Of a DNA stretch of 64,000 nt, positions 29,762-40,183 are shown one piece after another; positions within the stretch are counted from its first letter, which is position 1, and each line of letters opens with the position of its first letter. The position numbers and the translations under genes were made by a program. The notes beneath the pieces were generated by a model, which searched no databases, had not been told where the DNA came from, and saw only the letters and a program-made list of their open reading frames with translations. This stretch comes from Spirulina sp. (lineage in GTDB: Bacteria > Cyanobacteriota > Cyanobacteriia > Phormidesmidales > Phormidesmidaceae). The stretch lies in contig JBIPSI010000006.1 of NCBI GenBank assembly GCA_044070495.1, positions 1-64,000 on the forward strand, read 5' to 3'.

Positions 29762-31504
29762 CTAGGGGGTGATACTCAGGGCCTTCCCTAGCATCGTGGC
29801 TGTGACCGTTTCGGCGGGGGCGGGTTTGGCAAAGAAGAAACCCTGGCCAAATTCACAGCCCAGCCTGTGAAGCGAAGTCAATTGTTCTGGGGTTTCAATG
29901 CCTTCGGCCACCACCGCTAGGCCCAACTGGTTGCTGAGGGTGATGATGGTTTCTACTACCTGGTAGTTGCGCTGCCCCCGTTGCATATCGCGAACAAAGG
30001 ATCGATCAATTTTCAGCACGTCAATGGGAAAACGATGGAGGTAGCCGAGGGAGGAGTAGCCCGTGCCGAAGTCATCAATGCTGATTTGGATATGACGCTC
30101 TCGCAGGGCATCCATCAGGGCGGTGGCCGTCTCGGCGTTTTCCATGATGGCGCTTTCAGTAATTTCCAGCTTCAGATAGGCGGGGTTCACCCCGGTTTCG
30201 GCCAGCACTTGGTCAATGTCCGCCAGTAGGGTAGGGCTAGAAAATTGTCGTACCGAAAGGTTGACGGAAACGGTCAGGGTGTTCCATCCCTGTCGATGCC
30301 ATTGCTTCAGTTGTTCACAGGCTTGGCGGAGGACAATCAGCCCCGCCCGCACCACCAGGCCCGTTTCCTCTAGACAGGGGATAAATTCCCCTGGTGGCAC
30401 AATGCCCCGCTCTGGATGATGCCAGCGAACGAGCGCCTCTAGGCCCGCGACCTGCTGGGTGGCTAGGTTAACAATGGGCTGATAGTAAACCACCAATTCC
30501 TCCTGACCGAGGGCGCGTTGGAGGTCGTTTTCTAGGGTGATGCGACGCAGGGTAGCCTCGTGCAGCTGGGGATCGAAGCGATGGTAGCAGCCCTTGCCCT
30601 GGCGCTTAGCCCGATACATAGCGGTGTCGGCGGCTTGAAGCAGGGCTTCGGGGTCGGTGGTGGCGATGTTTCCCAGGGCAATCCCCAGACAGGCGGTCAT
30701 AAATATTTCACAGTGGGAGGTCTGAAAGGGTTCATGGAAGGACTGAAGAACGCCATCGACCCAGGTTTGAAGATCCCCGTCGGCGGGACAGGGCGTTAAC
30801 AGGAAGCAAAATTCGTCCTCCCCTACCCTGGCTAGGGTGTCCGTAGGGGTTAGGTGTCGTTGTAGGCGGTGGGCAATGGCCTGAAGTAATTGGTTGCCTA
30901 CGGTGTAGCCAAAAGCTCCATTCACCAGTTTAAATTCGTCACAGTCTAGATAGACCAGGGCAAAGTCGGATTGCGCGTGATCGAGTTGTTCTCCAATCTG
31001 TTCTAGGAGACCCATACGGCTGGACAACTGGGTGAGGGGATCTTGGTAAAGCAGACGTTGAAGCTCAGCGGTGCGCTGATTGACCTTGGCCTCTAGCTCG
31101 GTCTTGAAGCCATTTAATTGCTGATATTGCTGCCGAATCCGCAGCATAGATCGCACCCTGGCCGTCAGTTCCAGACGGTTGACGGGCTTGCCTACAAAGT
31201 CATCGGCCCCGGCTTCTAGGCACCGTGCCAGGGTTTGTTTGGAAGCGAGGGCGGTAACCATGATGATCGGTACCGACTGCCACTGGGGGGTGGCTTTAAT
31301 TTGTTGACACAGTGCCAGCCCATCGATCCCCGGCATCATCACATCCATCAAAATCAGATCCGGCTGAAATACGGAAAGAGCCGCCATGGCTTTTTCACCG
31401 TTTTCCACATAGTGAAGTTGGTAGTCCGGATGGTTTAGAAATGCCTCAATGACATCAAAATTATCCGGCTCGTCATCAACAATTAGAATAGAGAAGGATG
31501 TCAT
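29762..31504 (-). CDS. REC-GGDEF-EAL response regulator (likely phosphodiesterase)
   Basis: REC (MDVMMP); degenerate GEDEF; EALVRW and [10 protein letters not shown]. Confidence 0.92.
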   Translation of the reverse strand: MTSFSILIVDDEPDNFDVIEAFLNHPDYQLHYVENGEKAMAALSVFQPDLILMDVMMPGIDGLALCQQIKATPQWQSVPIIMVTALASKQTLARCLEAGADDFVGKPVNRLELTARVRSMLRIRQQYQQLNGFKTELEAKVNQRTAELQRLLYQDPLTQLSSRMGLLEQIGEQLDHAQSDFALVYLDCDEFKLVNGAFGYTVGNQLLQAIAHRLQRHLTPTDTLARVGEDEFCFLLTPCPADGDLQTWVDGVLQSFHEPFQTSHCEIFMTACLGIALGNIATTDPEALLQAADTAMYRAKRQGKGCYHRFDPQLHEATLRRITLENDLQRALGQEELVVYYQPIVNLATQQVAGLEALVRWHHPERGIVPPGEFIPCLEETGLVVRAGLIVLRQACEQLKQWHRQGWNTLTVSVNLSVRQFSSPTLLADIDQVLAETGVNPAYLKLEITESAIMENAETATALMDALRERHIQISIDDFGTGYSSLGYLHRFPIDVLKIDRSFVRDMQRGQRNYQVVETIITLSNQLGLAVVAEGIETPEQLTSLHRLGCEFGQGFFFAKPAPAETVTATMLGKALSITP

Positions 31505-34500
31505 TGGATATCTTCTTTTTGACTTAGAAGAGCACGAACAATTTCCGCCAAATCCTTAAGCTTAATCGGCTTACGGATATATTCATTAATTCCGGCGGCT
31601 AAGCATCGATCACTATCCTGGGGCATGGCCAAGGCGGTTAAGGCCACGATGGTTGTCTCCGCTAGGTTGGGATCGGCTCGAATTTGGCGGCTTGCCTCTA
31701 GGCCGTCTACGTCAGGCATTTGAATATCCATCAAAATGAGATCTGGATGGTGGGCCTGGGCCAGTTTCACTGCTTCTTGTCCGGTTCTGGCCCAATTTAA
31801 ACGATATCCCTTGGCCCCTAGGTAGCTGGAAATCGTAGCGGCATTCGCTTCATTATCTTCTGCCAGTAAAATCAGGGGCGAAGCGCTAGGTGTGGATGTC
31901 GATAGGAGGGTGGCGTTCGCGGGTAATGTCTTCACCTGGAGGGGTGAGGTGGGATAGGTGACGCAGGGTAAATCGAGGGAGAAGTGACTGCCGATGCCAA
32001 CCTCACTGCGAACCTGAATCTGCCCCCCATGCAGATCTATAATGCGCTGCACCAGGGCTAGGCCCAGTCCGGTACCGCTGTACTGACGATTGAGGGTGCT
32101 ATCAATCTGCACAAAGGGCTTGAAGAGCTTTTCTAGGTGCTCTGGGGCAATACCAATGCCCGTATCGCCCACGGTGATCCGCACCCAGGGGGTATCCGTC
32201 GGGTCTGTGGTTTCCAGACGTTGGGCCGTCAGGGTGATGGTGCCATCGGTGGGGGTAAATTTGACGGCATTGTTGAGCAGATTAATCAACACCTGGCGCA
32301 GACGACGCTCATCCACCAGCAAGTCGGGCAAGTGATCGGGCACATTCACCTTGAGGGTAATGGCCTTGGCTATGGCCTGAGGTTGCACAAAGGCGAGGCT
32401 AGAGGAGCACAGGTAGGTTATCGCCACAGGGGCGAGATCGAGGCTCATTTGCCCCGCTTCAATTTTGGCGAGATCCAGAATATCGTTGATCACTTCTAGG
32501 AGGTGGGATCCGCTGCTTTCAATGGTGCCCAGGGCCTTGTGCTGCCGATCATTGAGGGGGCCAAATACGCCATCCTGCAAGCCCTCGGCCATCCCTAAAA
32601 TGGCGTTGAGGGGAGTGCGTAGTTCGTGGCTCATGTTGGCCAAAAACTCGTCCTTCATGCGGGTGGCCCGCGCCAGTTCCTGGTTTGTTTGCTGGAGCAC
32701 CGCCTCGGCCTGCTTGCGATCACTAATATCCGTGACGCGCACCAGCTTGAGTTGCTGTCCACCCACGGTAATCAACTTAGCGGCAATGTTGCCCCAAAAC
32801 CGCTGACCGGAGAACGTGCGGTACTCAACCTCCTGGCTCCAAACCCCGCTACTGGAGAGGATGGTGTAAATGGCCCGGAGGTCGTTCTCGGAGAAGGGGT
32901 GAACCTGAAGCCTGTGGCCTTCAATGTTAACTAACTGGTGTTTCTTTGAGGCTTCAAAGAGATCAACGGCGCGCTGGTTGCAGTCTAGGGTTCTTCCGGT
33001 TTGGACATCCACCAAGAACAGGGCATCGGTGGATTCGTTGAAAATGGCCTCCCGCAAATCCCGACTGCGAATCAGTTCTAGCTCGGCGCACTTGCGGTCG
33101 CTAATGTCTCGGATGAAAAAGACCACCTCATCGGGGCCGCAGGGGGCCACGCGCACCTCCTCGTAGCGGGGCCTGCCGTTAAGGGGGATGACCTGTTCGT
33201 AGCACTGCACCGTTTGGGTGTCTAGGGCGTGATGGATGGTCGTCAGCTTTTGGGCGAGGTGATCCTGGGAAGTGCCAAAGGGCAGCGCCTCCGAGAGATG
33301 CTTGCCCACCGCCTGCTGGGGATCCACCAAATTGCCGAGGGCCGGGGAGACCATAAAGTCGAGGTAAACGCCCTCGCGATTGACCCGGAAGATTAGGTCG
33401 GGGAGCGCCAGCAGGGTGGCGCGGACTCGTTCCTCGCTCCGTTGCAGGGCGTGCTGCATGGCCTTGCGTTCGCTTACATCCATGGCAATGCCAAAAATAC
33501 GGGTGATCTCCCCCCGGTGAGAACGATGGGAGGTCGCCTTCACAAATAAATAGCCCTGGCTGCCATCGAGGCGAACAACGGGGAGGTCGTCGGAACAGGG
33601 TTCTCCGGTGGCTAGGACCTGGTCAATCAGGCGGTTGAACCGATTCCAGGTGGCCTCAGACACATGGGGGCGCAAATCCCCGCAGCCCTGCCCCGGAGGA
33701 TGCCCCAGCAGCACCATAATCTCCTCCGACCAGGTGATCTGGCGGGTTGGGCCATCCATTTCCCAGCGCCCTAGGTGGGCCACCTGCTGGGCCTCCTTGA
33801 GGCGAGCTTTGCTGTACCGGAGTGCCTCTGTACGCTGGGTCACCCGATCCTCGAGTTCTCGGTTGAGGCATTCTAGGGCTTGGGTGGCCTGGTCTTTTTC
33901 GATGGCAATCTTGACTAAGTTCGCCGCCAACTGAAGGGTGTCCAAGTCGTAGGGGTAGGGTTTTTGGGGCTGTCGATAGTAAACGGCAAAGGTGGCCAGC
34001 ACAGGGCCATCGCTGGCAAAGACGGGGATCGACCAGCAGGCCCGTAGCCCATGGGCCAGGGCCAGGTCTCGAAAGTCAGCCCAGAGGGGATCGGTGGCAA
34101 TGTCTTCGACAATCACGGGTTGCCGTCGCAGGGCCGCCGTACCACAGGATCCCATCGCTTCTCCCACCGCCGTTCCCCGCAGGGCCTCGCTGTAGGCATC
34201 GGGCAGGTGCGGGGCGACCGCTGGATAAAGACGATTATCGTCCCGGCAGAAGAGGATGGAGCAGAGGCTCCCCGGCAGGTGATCCTCCAGGGCGACCACC
34301 AGATCCGTCAGAATATCCCCTAGGGGTTCGCTGCGGGCAATGCTAGCTAGGATGGCGCTTTGTAGGGCTAGGCGCTGTTCTGTGCGGTTGCGTTCCGTGA
34401 TGTCGATAGCCACGCCGCCCACCAGGGTTTTGCCATTGGGTTGCGGCAGGGGAAATTTAAACGACAGGAACTCCCCTGGGCTGTGATCGGGGTGAACCCC

Positions 34501-36150
34501 TGGCTCGACGACCTCCAGCCCTTCGTCATGATCCACGACCCAGCGGTTGTGGTGGGCATAGACCTGGGCAATCTCTGCGGGAAACAGGTCGAAGAGCGAT
34601 TGCCCCTGGGGGGTCGGGGAGATCGGGGTTAGTGATGCATAGTTACGGTACCAGCCCCGGCTGGCATACTCTAAACGATGGGTTTCTGGATCCACAATCC
34701 AGGCCACCATAGGGCTGTTATCCATAAAGGTGCGGAATCGGATCTCGCTGGCCCGCAGCGCGGCTTCAGCCTGCTTGAACTCGTCGATATCCGTATGGGT
34801 ACCCAGCATTCGTAGGGGCCGACCCTCCTCATCCCAGGCCACAATTTTGCCCAGGGAAAGCAGCCACTTCCAGTTTCCGGCCTGGGTTTTGAGCCGAAAC
34901 TCTAGCCGATAGTTGGGGATTGCTCCGGCGATATAGGCATCGTAGGTCGCCAGGGCGGCTTCCCGATCCTCCGGGTGCAGCATACTGCGCCAATGTTCCT
35001 CGGTTTCTTCAAAGGTAGCGGGATCGTAGCCCAGCATAGTGGCATACTCTGGGCTGATCACCACCTTGCCCGTGGTGAGATCGACATCGTAAAGCCCTTG
35101 GTTGGTAGCACTGAGGGCCAGCCGTAGCCGCGCCTCGCTTTCCTGAAGCCGATGCTCATCGGCTAGGCGCTGTTGGGTGGACACCAGCATTTTGCCGAGC
35201 ACCTGCAACATCTGAATCGTTTCCGCCAACCACCAAGCCCTAGGCCGACGGGCCACTAAGCCAATCGCACCTACCACCGCCGACCGATGCACCAGGGGCA
35301 AACTCAGGATGGCCCCCACCCCCTGGCGTTGCCACTGATCCCGATCCCCAGCCGCCGCCGCCGGCAGGTCGGCAACCTTAGGCACATAGACCATTTGATC
35401 CTGCCGCAATAGCCCATAGCTCCAAGGCAGGTGGGTAGGGCCAGGGATCACCTGGTCCATCTCGGCTTCGCTAAGCCCATCGACCCAGACCTGATGGGTG
35501 TTGTCAGGAGCCTCTGACGGGTTGTAAAAACTGAGGTAGCTGGCCTCCACCTGGGCCACCTCACAGACCAAAGCCAGGGTGCGGCGGATCTCCTGGGCCA
35601 GATCATCGGCATCAATGTCCACAAAGCGGCTGATAATGCTCGCGATCAGGTGGTTGTAGTTACGCTGGGTTTGCAGCGCCTGCTGGGTGCCCTGGCAGAG
35701 GTTCGTTGAGCAGCGAGGAATAGCGGCATCCCTGGCACCCATGACGGCAATCACCCCAAGCAGTTGCCCTTGGCACCCCGTCACCAACAGGTAGGGATGG
35801 GGTTGCGCGGCCCCCACGGCTTCCCCCGTAGGCAGCGGATCGCCTAGTTTAATAGCCATGGCATTGACCATCAGCGCCTCGGCGGTCAGAGGTTCAGATG
35901 GTTGGCCCTGGGCACAGGCCCGCACAATCTCAGCTTCGGTGATCACCCCCAGGGGTCGCATTTCACGCTTTTCTACCCAGGCCGTCAGGGGCCTCACCAC
36001 TACCACCACCCTATCCCTAGTGGCCATGAGGTGTTGAGCCACCTGGGACAGTGGCGCATCAGAATCTATCCACGCTGCTTCTATCACAGCATGGTCTATA
36101 GCGGGCCACCATCGGTTATCCCCTAGGGGGAATTCATCGGTTGTGGTCAT
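31501..36150 (-). CDS. hybrid sensor histidine kinase (CBS-like, GAF, PAS, HisKA, HATPase, REC)
   Basis: FLANMSHELRTPL, NLLNNAVKFT, GTGLGL, C-terminal REC (MDIQMP); overlaps the next gene by 4 nt. Confidence 0.95.
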   Translation of the reverse strand: MTTTDEFPLGDNRWWPAIDHAVIEAAWIDSDAPLSQVAQHLMATRDRVVVVVRPLTAWVEKREMRPLGVITEAEIVRACAQGQPSEPLTAEALMVNAMAIKLGDPLPTGEAVGAAQPHPYLLVTGCQGQLLGVIAVMGARDAAIPRCSTNLCQGTQQALQTQRNYNHLIASIISRFVDIDADDLAQEIRRTLALVCEVAQVEASYLSFYNPSEAPDNTHQVWVDGLSEAEMDQVIPGPTHLPWSYGLLRQDQMVYVPKVADLPAAAAGDRDQWQRQGVGAILSLPLVHRSAVVGAIGLVARRPRAWWLAETIQMLQVLGKMLVSTQQRLADEHRLQESEARLRLALSATNQGLYDVDLTTGKVVISPEYATMLGYDPATFEETEEHWRSMLHPEDREAALATYDAYIAGAIPNYRLEFRLKTQAGNWKWLLSLGKIVAWDEEGRPLRMLGTHTDIDEFKQAEAALRASEIRFRTFMDNSPMVAWIVDPETHRLEYASRGWYRNYASLTPISPTPQGQSLFDLFPAEIAQVYAHHNRWVVDHDEGLEVVEPGVHPDHSPGEFLSFKFPLPQPNGKTLVGGVAIDITERNRTEQRLALQSAILASIARSEPLGDILTDLVVALEDHLPGSLCSILFCRDDNRLYPAVAPHLPDAYSEALRGTAVGEAMGSCGTAALRRQPVIVEDIATDPLWADFRDLALAHGLRACWSIPVFASDGPVLATFAVYYRQPQKPYPYDLDTLQLAANLVKIAIEKDQATQALECLNRELEDRVTQRTEALRYSKARLKEAQQVAHLGRWEMDGPTRQITWSEEIMVLLGHPPGQGCGDLRPHVSEATWNRFNRLIDQVLATGEPCSDDLPVVRLDGSQGYLFVKATSHRSHRGEITRIFGIAMDVSERKAMQHALQRSEERVRATLLALPDLIFRVNREGVYLDFMVSPALGNLVDPQQAVGKHLSEALPFGTSQDHLAQKLTTIHHALDTQTVQCYEQVIPLNGRPRYEEVRVAPCGPDEVVFFIRDISDRKCAELELIRSRDLREAIFNESTDALFLVDVQTGRTLDCNQRAVDLFEASKKHQLVNIEGHRLQVHPFSENDLRAIYTILSSSGVWSQEVEYRTFSGQRFWGNIAAKLITVGGQQLKLVRVTDISDRKQAEAVLQQTNQELARATRMKDEFLANMSHELRTPLNAILGMAEGLQDGVFGPLNDRQHKALGTIESSGSHLLEVINDILDLAKIEAGQMSLDLAPVAITYLCSSSLAFVQPQAIAKAITLKVNVPDHLPDLLVDERRLRQVLINLLNNAVKFTPTDGTITLTAQRLETTDPTDTPWVRITVGDTGIGIAPEHLEKLFKPFVQIDSTLNRQYSGTGLGLALVQRIIDLHGGQIQVRSEVGIGSHFSLDLPCVTYPTSPLQVKTLPANATLLSTSTPSASPLILLAEDNEANAATISSYLGAKGYRLNWARTGQEAVKLAQAHHPDLILMDIQMPDVDGLEASRQIRADPNLAETTIVALTALAMPQDSDRCLAAGINEYIRKPIKLKDLAEIVRALLSQKEDIQ

Positions 36151-36419
36151 ACGATATGCCTTAAGTTCGCCCGTTTTGGGCGGTTCCTAGACCACTGGGG
36201 TCAGGGCGTTATCAAGGCCATACCCTGGCCGACACGTCCTGGTTCAGGAAACTTGATATCCAACCTGAGTTTAAATTTCCCAGACTTGCGAAAGTCTGAC
36301 CTCAATTTTAGAACTTAAATACTTTTATGACCTTTTTTGTATCGTTTCCATGAAGCAAGGGAAACAACCAGACTAAAACCTACATCCTGATGATATTAAA
36401 ATCGTCTCCTAGGGTTCTC

Positions 36420-36728
36420 CTAGGCCGCTGGCCTCAGCCGTTGCCAAAGGAGCTGAAGCCCCAGTAGAAACAGCCCTAACGCCGCCATGCCAAAGACTCC
36501 AGCCCCTAGGGCCACCATGCCCACCACCAGGGTTCTCACGGCGGAGGCAATATTCATCACCGCCGGATTGTCAGACACGATGGGCTTGGCGGCAAAGGTA
36601 GTGGCAATGCCCACCATCAGACGGTAGGCCAGCAGGGCAATGGTGCCCGCCATGAAGGATCCGCTAAAGCACTTGAGGATTTTGGCGGTGGGCGTTGGTA
36701 GTGCGGAATCGGCGATGTCGTTGGGCAT
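36420..36728 (-). CDS. DUF3082-like membrane protein
   Basis: NIASAVRTLVVG...F...ALGLFLL, two TM segments; downstream of ispE. Confidence 0.75.
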   Translation of the reverse strand: MPNDIADSALPTPTAKILKCFSGSFMAGTIALLAYRLMVGIATTFAAKPIVSDNPAVMNIASAVRTLVVGMVALGAGVFGMAALGLFLLGLQLLWQRLRPAA

Positions 36729-36777
36729 AGGGGATTTTTGGGAACGGTGCGGAGAAGGGCATCTTCAGACCCTAGGG

Positions 36778-37722
36778 CTAGGGAGCCAGCCGTACGCCAG
36801 TGGGGCAACACTGAGCGACCCAAAGGCCAAGATCAGGATCGGTGATCTGGGTTCTCAGCCGTTGGGCCATGGCATCGGCCTCTGCCTGAGATTCTACCAG
36901 GGTAAACACGGTGGGGCCAGAGCCGGACATCAGGGTGCCCAAGCCCCCCAGGGTGACCATGGTTTCCTTCAGGTGAGCCGTTTTGGGGTGGACTGGCAAC
37001 ACCACCTTCTCTAGGTCGTTGTAGAGATGCTGACCCAGGGCCGCTTTATCGTGCTGGGCCAGGGCCGCCACCATCGCCCCCGACCTCACCTGATGTTGAC
37101 GGGCTGCAAAGTCTGCGGCATCGGCCAGGTAGGTGTGTTCAAACTCGGCACGGTAGGTTTGGTAAGCCCAGGGGGTAGAGACAAATTCCGACTCATACTT
37201 GGCCAGCACCACATAGAGATCGTCGATTCCCCGCAGCGGATCGAGATGTTCCCCCCGCCCGGTGGCTAGGGCGGTGCCGCCGCTAATACAGAAGGGCATA
37301 TCCGACCCCAGTTCCGCCGCCAACTCCTGAAGTTCGGCCTGGGTGAGGCCCAGTTGCCACAGCATATCCAGCCCCACCAAAACCGCTGCCCCATTGCCCG
37401 ACCCTCCCGCTAATCCGGCCCCCACGGGAATGTGCTTTTCTAGGGTAATTTCTACCCCCCCAAGCTTGGCCACAATGCCAGGGAAGCGCTGGATCAGCAG
37501 ATTCGCGGCTCGATAGGCTAGGTTCGTTTCATCCGTAGGCACTAGGGGATGAGAACACTGCACCCGAATCTCATCGGTGCCAATGCTGCGTACCGTCACT
37601 CGGTCGGCCAAACTAATGCTCTGCATTACCATGATCAATTCATGGAAGCCATCGGGACGACTCCCCACAATTTCCAGGTAGAGATTAATTTTGGCCGCAG
37701 CCAGCAGCGAATACAGACGCAT
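36778..37722 (-). CDS. ispE: 4-diphosphocytidyl-2-C-methyl-D-erythritol kinase
   Basis: AKINLYL, IPVGAGLAGGS, GSDMPF, MSGSGPTVF. Confidence 0.96.
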   Translation of the reverse strand: MRLYSLLAAAKINLYLEIVGSRPDGFHELIMVMQSISLADRVTVRSIGTDEIRVQCSHPLVPTDETNLAYRAANLLIQRFPGIVAKLGGVEITLEKHIPVGAGLAGGSGNGAAVLVGLDMLWQLGLTQAELQELAAELGSDMPFCISGGTALATGRGEHLDPLRGIDDLYVVLAKYESEFVSTPWAYQTYRAEFEHTYLADAADFAARQHQVRSGAMVAALAQHDKAALGQHLYNDLEKVVLPVHPKTAHLKETMVTLGGLGTLMSGSGPTVFTLVESQAEADAMAQRLRTQITDPDLGLWVAQCCPTGVRLAP

Positions 37723-37845
37723 GGGACACCAAATGGGAAATGGGTTGCTACAGGATTTTAGCCCCTCCCCGCCCATTCCCCGTCAGCCCAGGCTCAGGAT
37801 TGGGCACTCCCAAATTCGGCAGCCCCCTATGACGGCTGTCCTGTT

Positions 37846-38700
37846 CTAATCCTGTGCCAAGCCCTGCCCCAAACGATTACTCAGAGCCACCCACTGATCT
37901 ACGCTTAAGTCCTCCGCCCGCGACGTTTCTGGGATGGCCAAATCCGTCATAGTGGCTAGTAAGTGATCCCGATCCACCGTGCTTTTTAGGTTGTTGCGCA
38001 GCATCTTACGCTTGCTGGCAAAGCCTAACCGCACCAGGCGATCTAACGCATCGGGCTGGTTGGCCACCACCGAGAGCGGACGGGGGGTGAGCTTCACCAC
38101 CGCTGAATCAACCTTGGGAGGGGGCTGGAACGCCTTGGCAGGTACCGGACACACAAGCTCGCAGTCTGCTAGGTATTGCACCCGCACCGAAAGGGCACCG
38201 AAGGATCGGTTACCCGGTTTGGCATAGAGTCGTTCTGCCACCTCTTTTTGCACCAGCAAAATAATGGAATCGTAGGGATGGGGATTCGGATTCGCAATAG
38301 TGCCCAGCAGCTTTTCTAAAATTGGCCCCGTGATGTAGTAAGGAATGTTGGCCACAACTTTATTAGGCCAGGATCGCCAAGGTTCAGCAGGGTTGTCGTG
38401 GGGGGCAGGAAAGGCCAAAGCCGATGGTTCAACCCCTAAAAAATCGCCCTGAACTAGCCGAAAGTTAGGGGTCTTAGCAAAGGTCTGAGTCAATTGACGG
38501 CAGAGATCTCGATCAATTTCCACCGCAACCACGGCCTGGGCTTGGGGTAGTAACGACTGGGTGAGGATGCCCGTTCCAGGGCCAATTTCAAGAACACAGT
38601 CCTGGGGCGTGACCGCCGCCGCTACCACGATATTACGCAGCACCTTATCGCTCCTCAGCCAGTGCTGACCAAACCGTTTGCGGGTAGGCTGGAAAACCAT
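37846..38700 (-). CDS. rsmA: 16S rRNA adenine dimethyltransferase
   Basis: KRFGQHWL, EIGPGTG, ANIPYYIT, PPPKVDS. Confidence 0.96.
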   Translation of the reverse strand: MVFQPTRKRFGQHWLRSDKVLRNIVVAAAVTPQDCVLEIGPGTGILTQSLLPQAQAVVAVEIDRDLCRQLTQTFAKTPNFRLVQGDFLGVEPSALAFPAPHDNPAEPWRSWPNKVVANIPYYITGPILEKLLGTIANPNPHPYDSIILLVQKEVAERLYAKPGNRSFGALSVRVQYLADCELVCPVPAKAFQPPPKVDSAVVKLTPRPLSVVANQPDALDRLVRLGFASKRKMLRNNLKSTVDRDHLLATMTDLAIPETSRAEDLSVDQWVALSNRLGQGLAQD

Positions 38701-39051
38701 GAACTGCTCCTAAACCACTCACTCACTACCCTACACCCATCCCTCGCCCCACCCTGCTCTCCCTTCAACAACCACCGTATTTACCGCAACTTTGGTGGCT
38801 TTCTTTCCCTAAAATGTGCTGATTTTGGGTTTCAAGACTGTGGCATCTACCCAAGTCAGGCGACTAGGCCTCCCTCTACATTGGAAGCTACCAACCTTAA
38901 CGGATAGCCTCGGCCCCGACTCTAGGGATATCTGTCCACTATTCTCTGGCTCCAATGTGTTGGTAAAGACCCCAACCGCTTTCCCAGTTCCCTGTATTAC
39001 AGATTTCTAAGGTTCTCGTCAAACGAATTGCCATCCAAGGATCTCAATTTT

Positions 39052-39915
39052 ATGTCTATGCGTCACTCAGTTCTAGGTATTGGAACGGCAGCAGTTGCGG
39101 CCCTATCCGCTATAGTGCTGACGGCTCCCTCTGCCCAAGCTACCCTGTCCAGCGCAAGTCTCAGCCCCACAGAGTTTTCCCAGGATCTAGGTTTTGATAA
39201 TCTCAAGGACATGGGGTTGCTCGAATCCTCCGAAACCCTCAGCACGGTGCGAGGACTGGTGAAGGGTGAGCGTAACGCCCTGTCTTCTGAATTCTTGGGG
39301 CGCTACCAGCTAGATGCCAGCAAACTGTTCTGGAACGGGGCAGATCCGGTGGAGGTGTACTTCATCAACGAAGGGGCAGGCTATCGCAACCAATTGGTCT
39401 ACAGCGCCACCGATGGCGAGGGCAACCCCGTGCGGTCGGAGATGATCTTTAACGATGTCTCCTCACCCAACAGCATCCTATCCAACAGCAACGGCCCGCT
39501 GGCCCTGGGGCAAGGGGTGAGCCTGGGTAGCTTTAGCGGCCCCACCCAACTGAACTTTTCGATTATTTCCGATGGCTTTAACCTAGCCAAACCTAAGGCC
39601 AATGCGACCGCCAGCCAAATAGCTAAGTACGAGCAGGAAGTCGCCCGTCGCACCCTTGGTGGCAACCCCACCCAAAACGTAGATGGTCTGCAACATATCG
39701 TCGCCTTCCAGCACAATGACTGGGTCATCCTCGGATTTGAGGACATCATCGGCGGCGGCGACCTCGACTACAACGACGTGGTCTTTGCGGTGCGCGGCAT
39801 TCAGCAAGGCCCCCCAGTTGAAGATGTGCCTGAGCCTGCGGCCCTCATTAGCCTGCTAGTCGTGGGGCTTGGTGGCTTTACCACCCTACGGCGGAAATCC
39901 ACTTCGGAAGCCTAA
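39052..39915 (+). CDS. DUF4114 domain, PEP-CTERM sorted surface protein
   Basis: Signal peptide; YFINEGAGYRNQL; GFEDIIGGGDLDYNDVVF; VPEP followed by a TM segment and RRK. Confidence 0.9.
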   Translation: MSMRHSVLGIGTAAVAALSAIVLTAPSAQATLSSASLSPTEFSQDLGFDNLKDMGLLESSETLSTVRGLVKGERNALSSEFLGRYQLDASKLFWNGADPVEVYFINEGAGYRNQLVYSATDGEGNPVRSEMIFNDVSSPNSILSNSNGPLALGQGVSLGSFSGPTQLNFSIISDGFNLAKPKANATASQIAKYEQEVARRTLGGNPTQNVDGLQHIVAFQHNDWVILGFEDIIGGGDLDYNDVVFAVRGIQQGPPVEDVPEPAALISLLVVGLGGFTTLRRKSTSEA

Positions 39916-39931
39916 GTCAACGCAGCAAACC

Positions 39932-39961
39932 AAGCCCTGACGTCAACCTCGGCCAGGGCTT
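39932..39961. terminator. hairpin after PEP-CTERM gene
   Basis: AAGCCCTG / CAGGGCTT inverted repeat. Confidence 0.45.
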
Positions 39962-39993
39962 TGATCCAATCTCCTAAATCGTCCACTCTCAGG

Positions 39994-40021
39994 GGTAGCC
40001 ATGATCCATGGCTACCTTTTT
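39994..40021 (+). terminator. intrinsic terminator
   Basis: GGTAGCCATG-ATC-CATGGCTACC followed by TTTTT. Confidence 0.75.
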
Positions 40022-40183
40022 ATTGCGGTTGTGGGCACCCCCAGACGCTGTCTTCGAGGAAACTGGCCATGGCCTGGAGGTTCCTGATTTCAAGCCTAGC
40101 GAAGCGGTGGCCGACCTGGGACATTCAGCCGTGGCGCAGGGCCAAGATGGATCTAGGTCAGCCTCAAGGCGCGAAACCGCAGC

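Noticed and set aside
33900..35650. Bilin-binding photoreceptor GAF domains in the hybrid kinase
   Set aside because: No DxCF or DIP motif and no CH chromophore motif; GSCG is typical of ordinary GAF domains.
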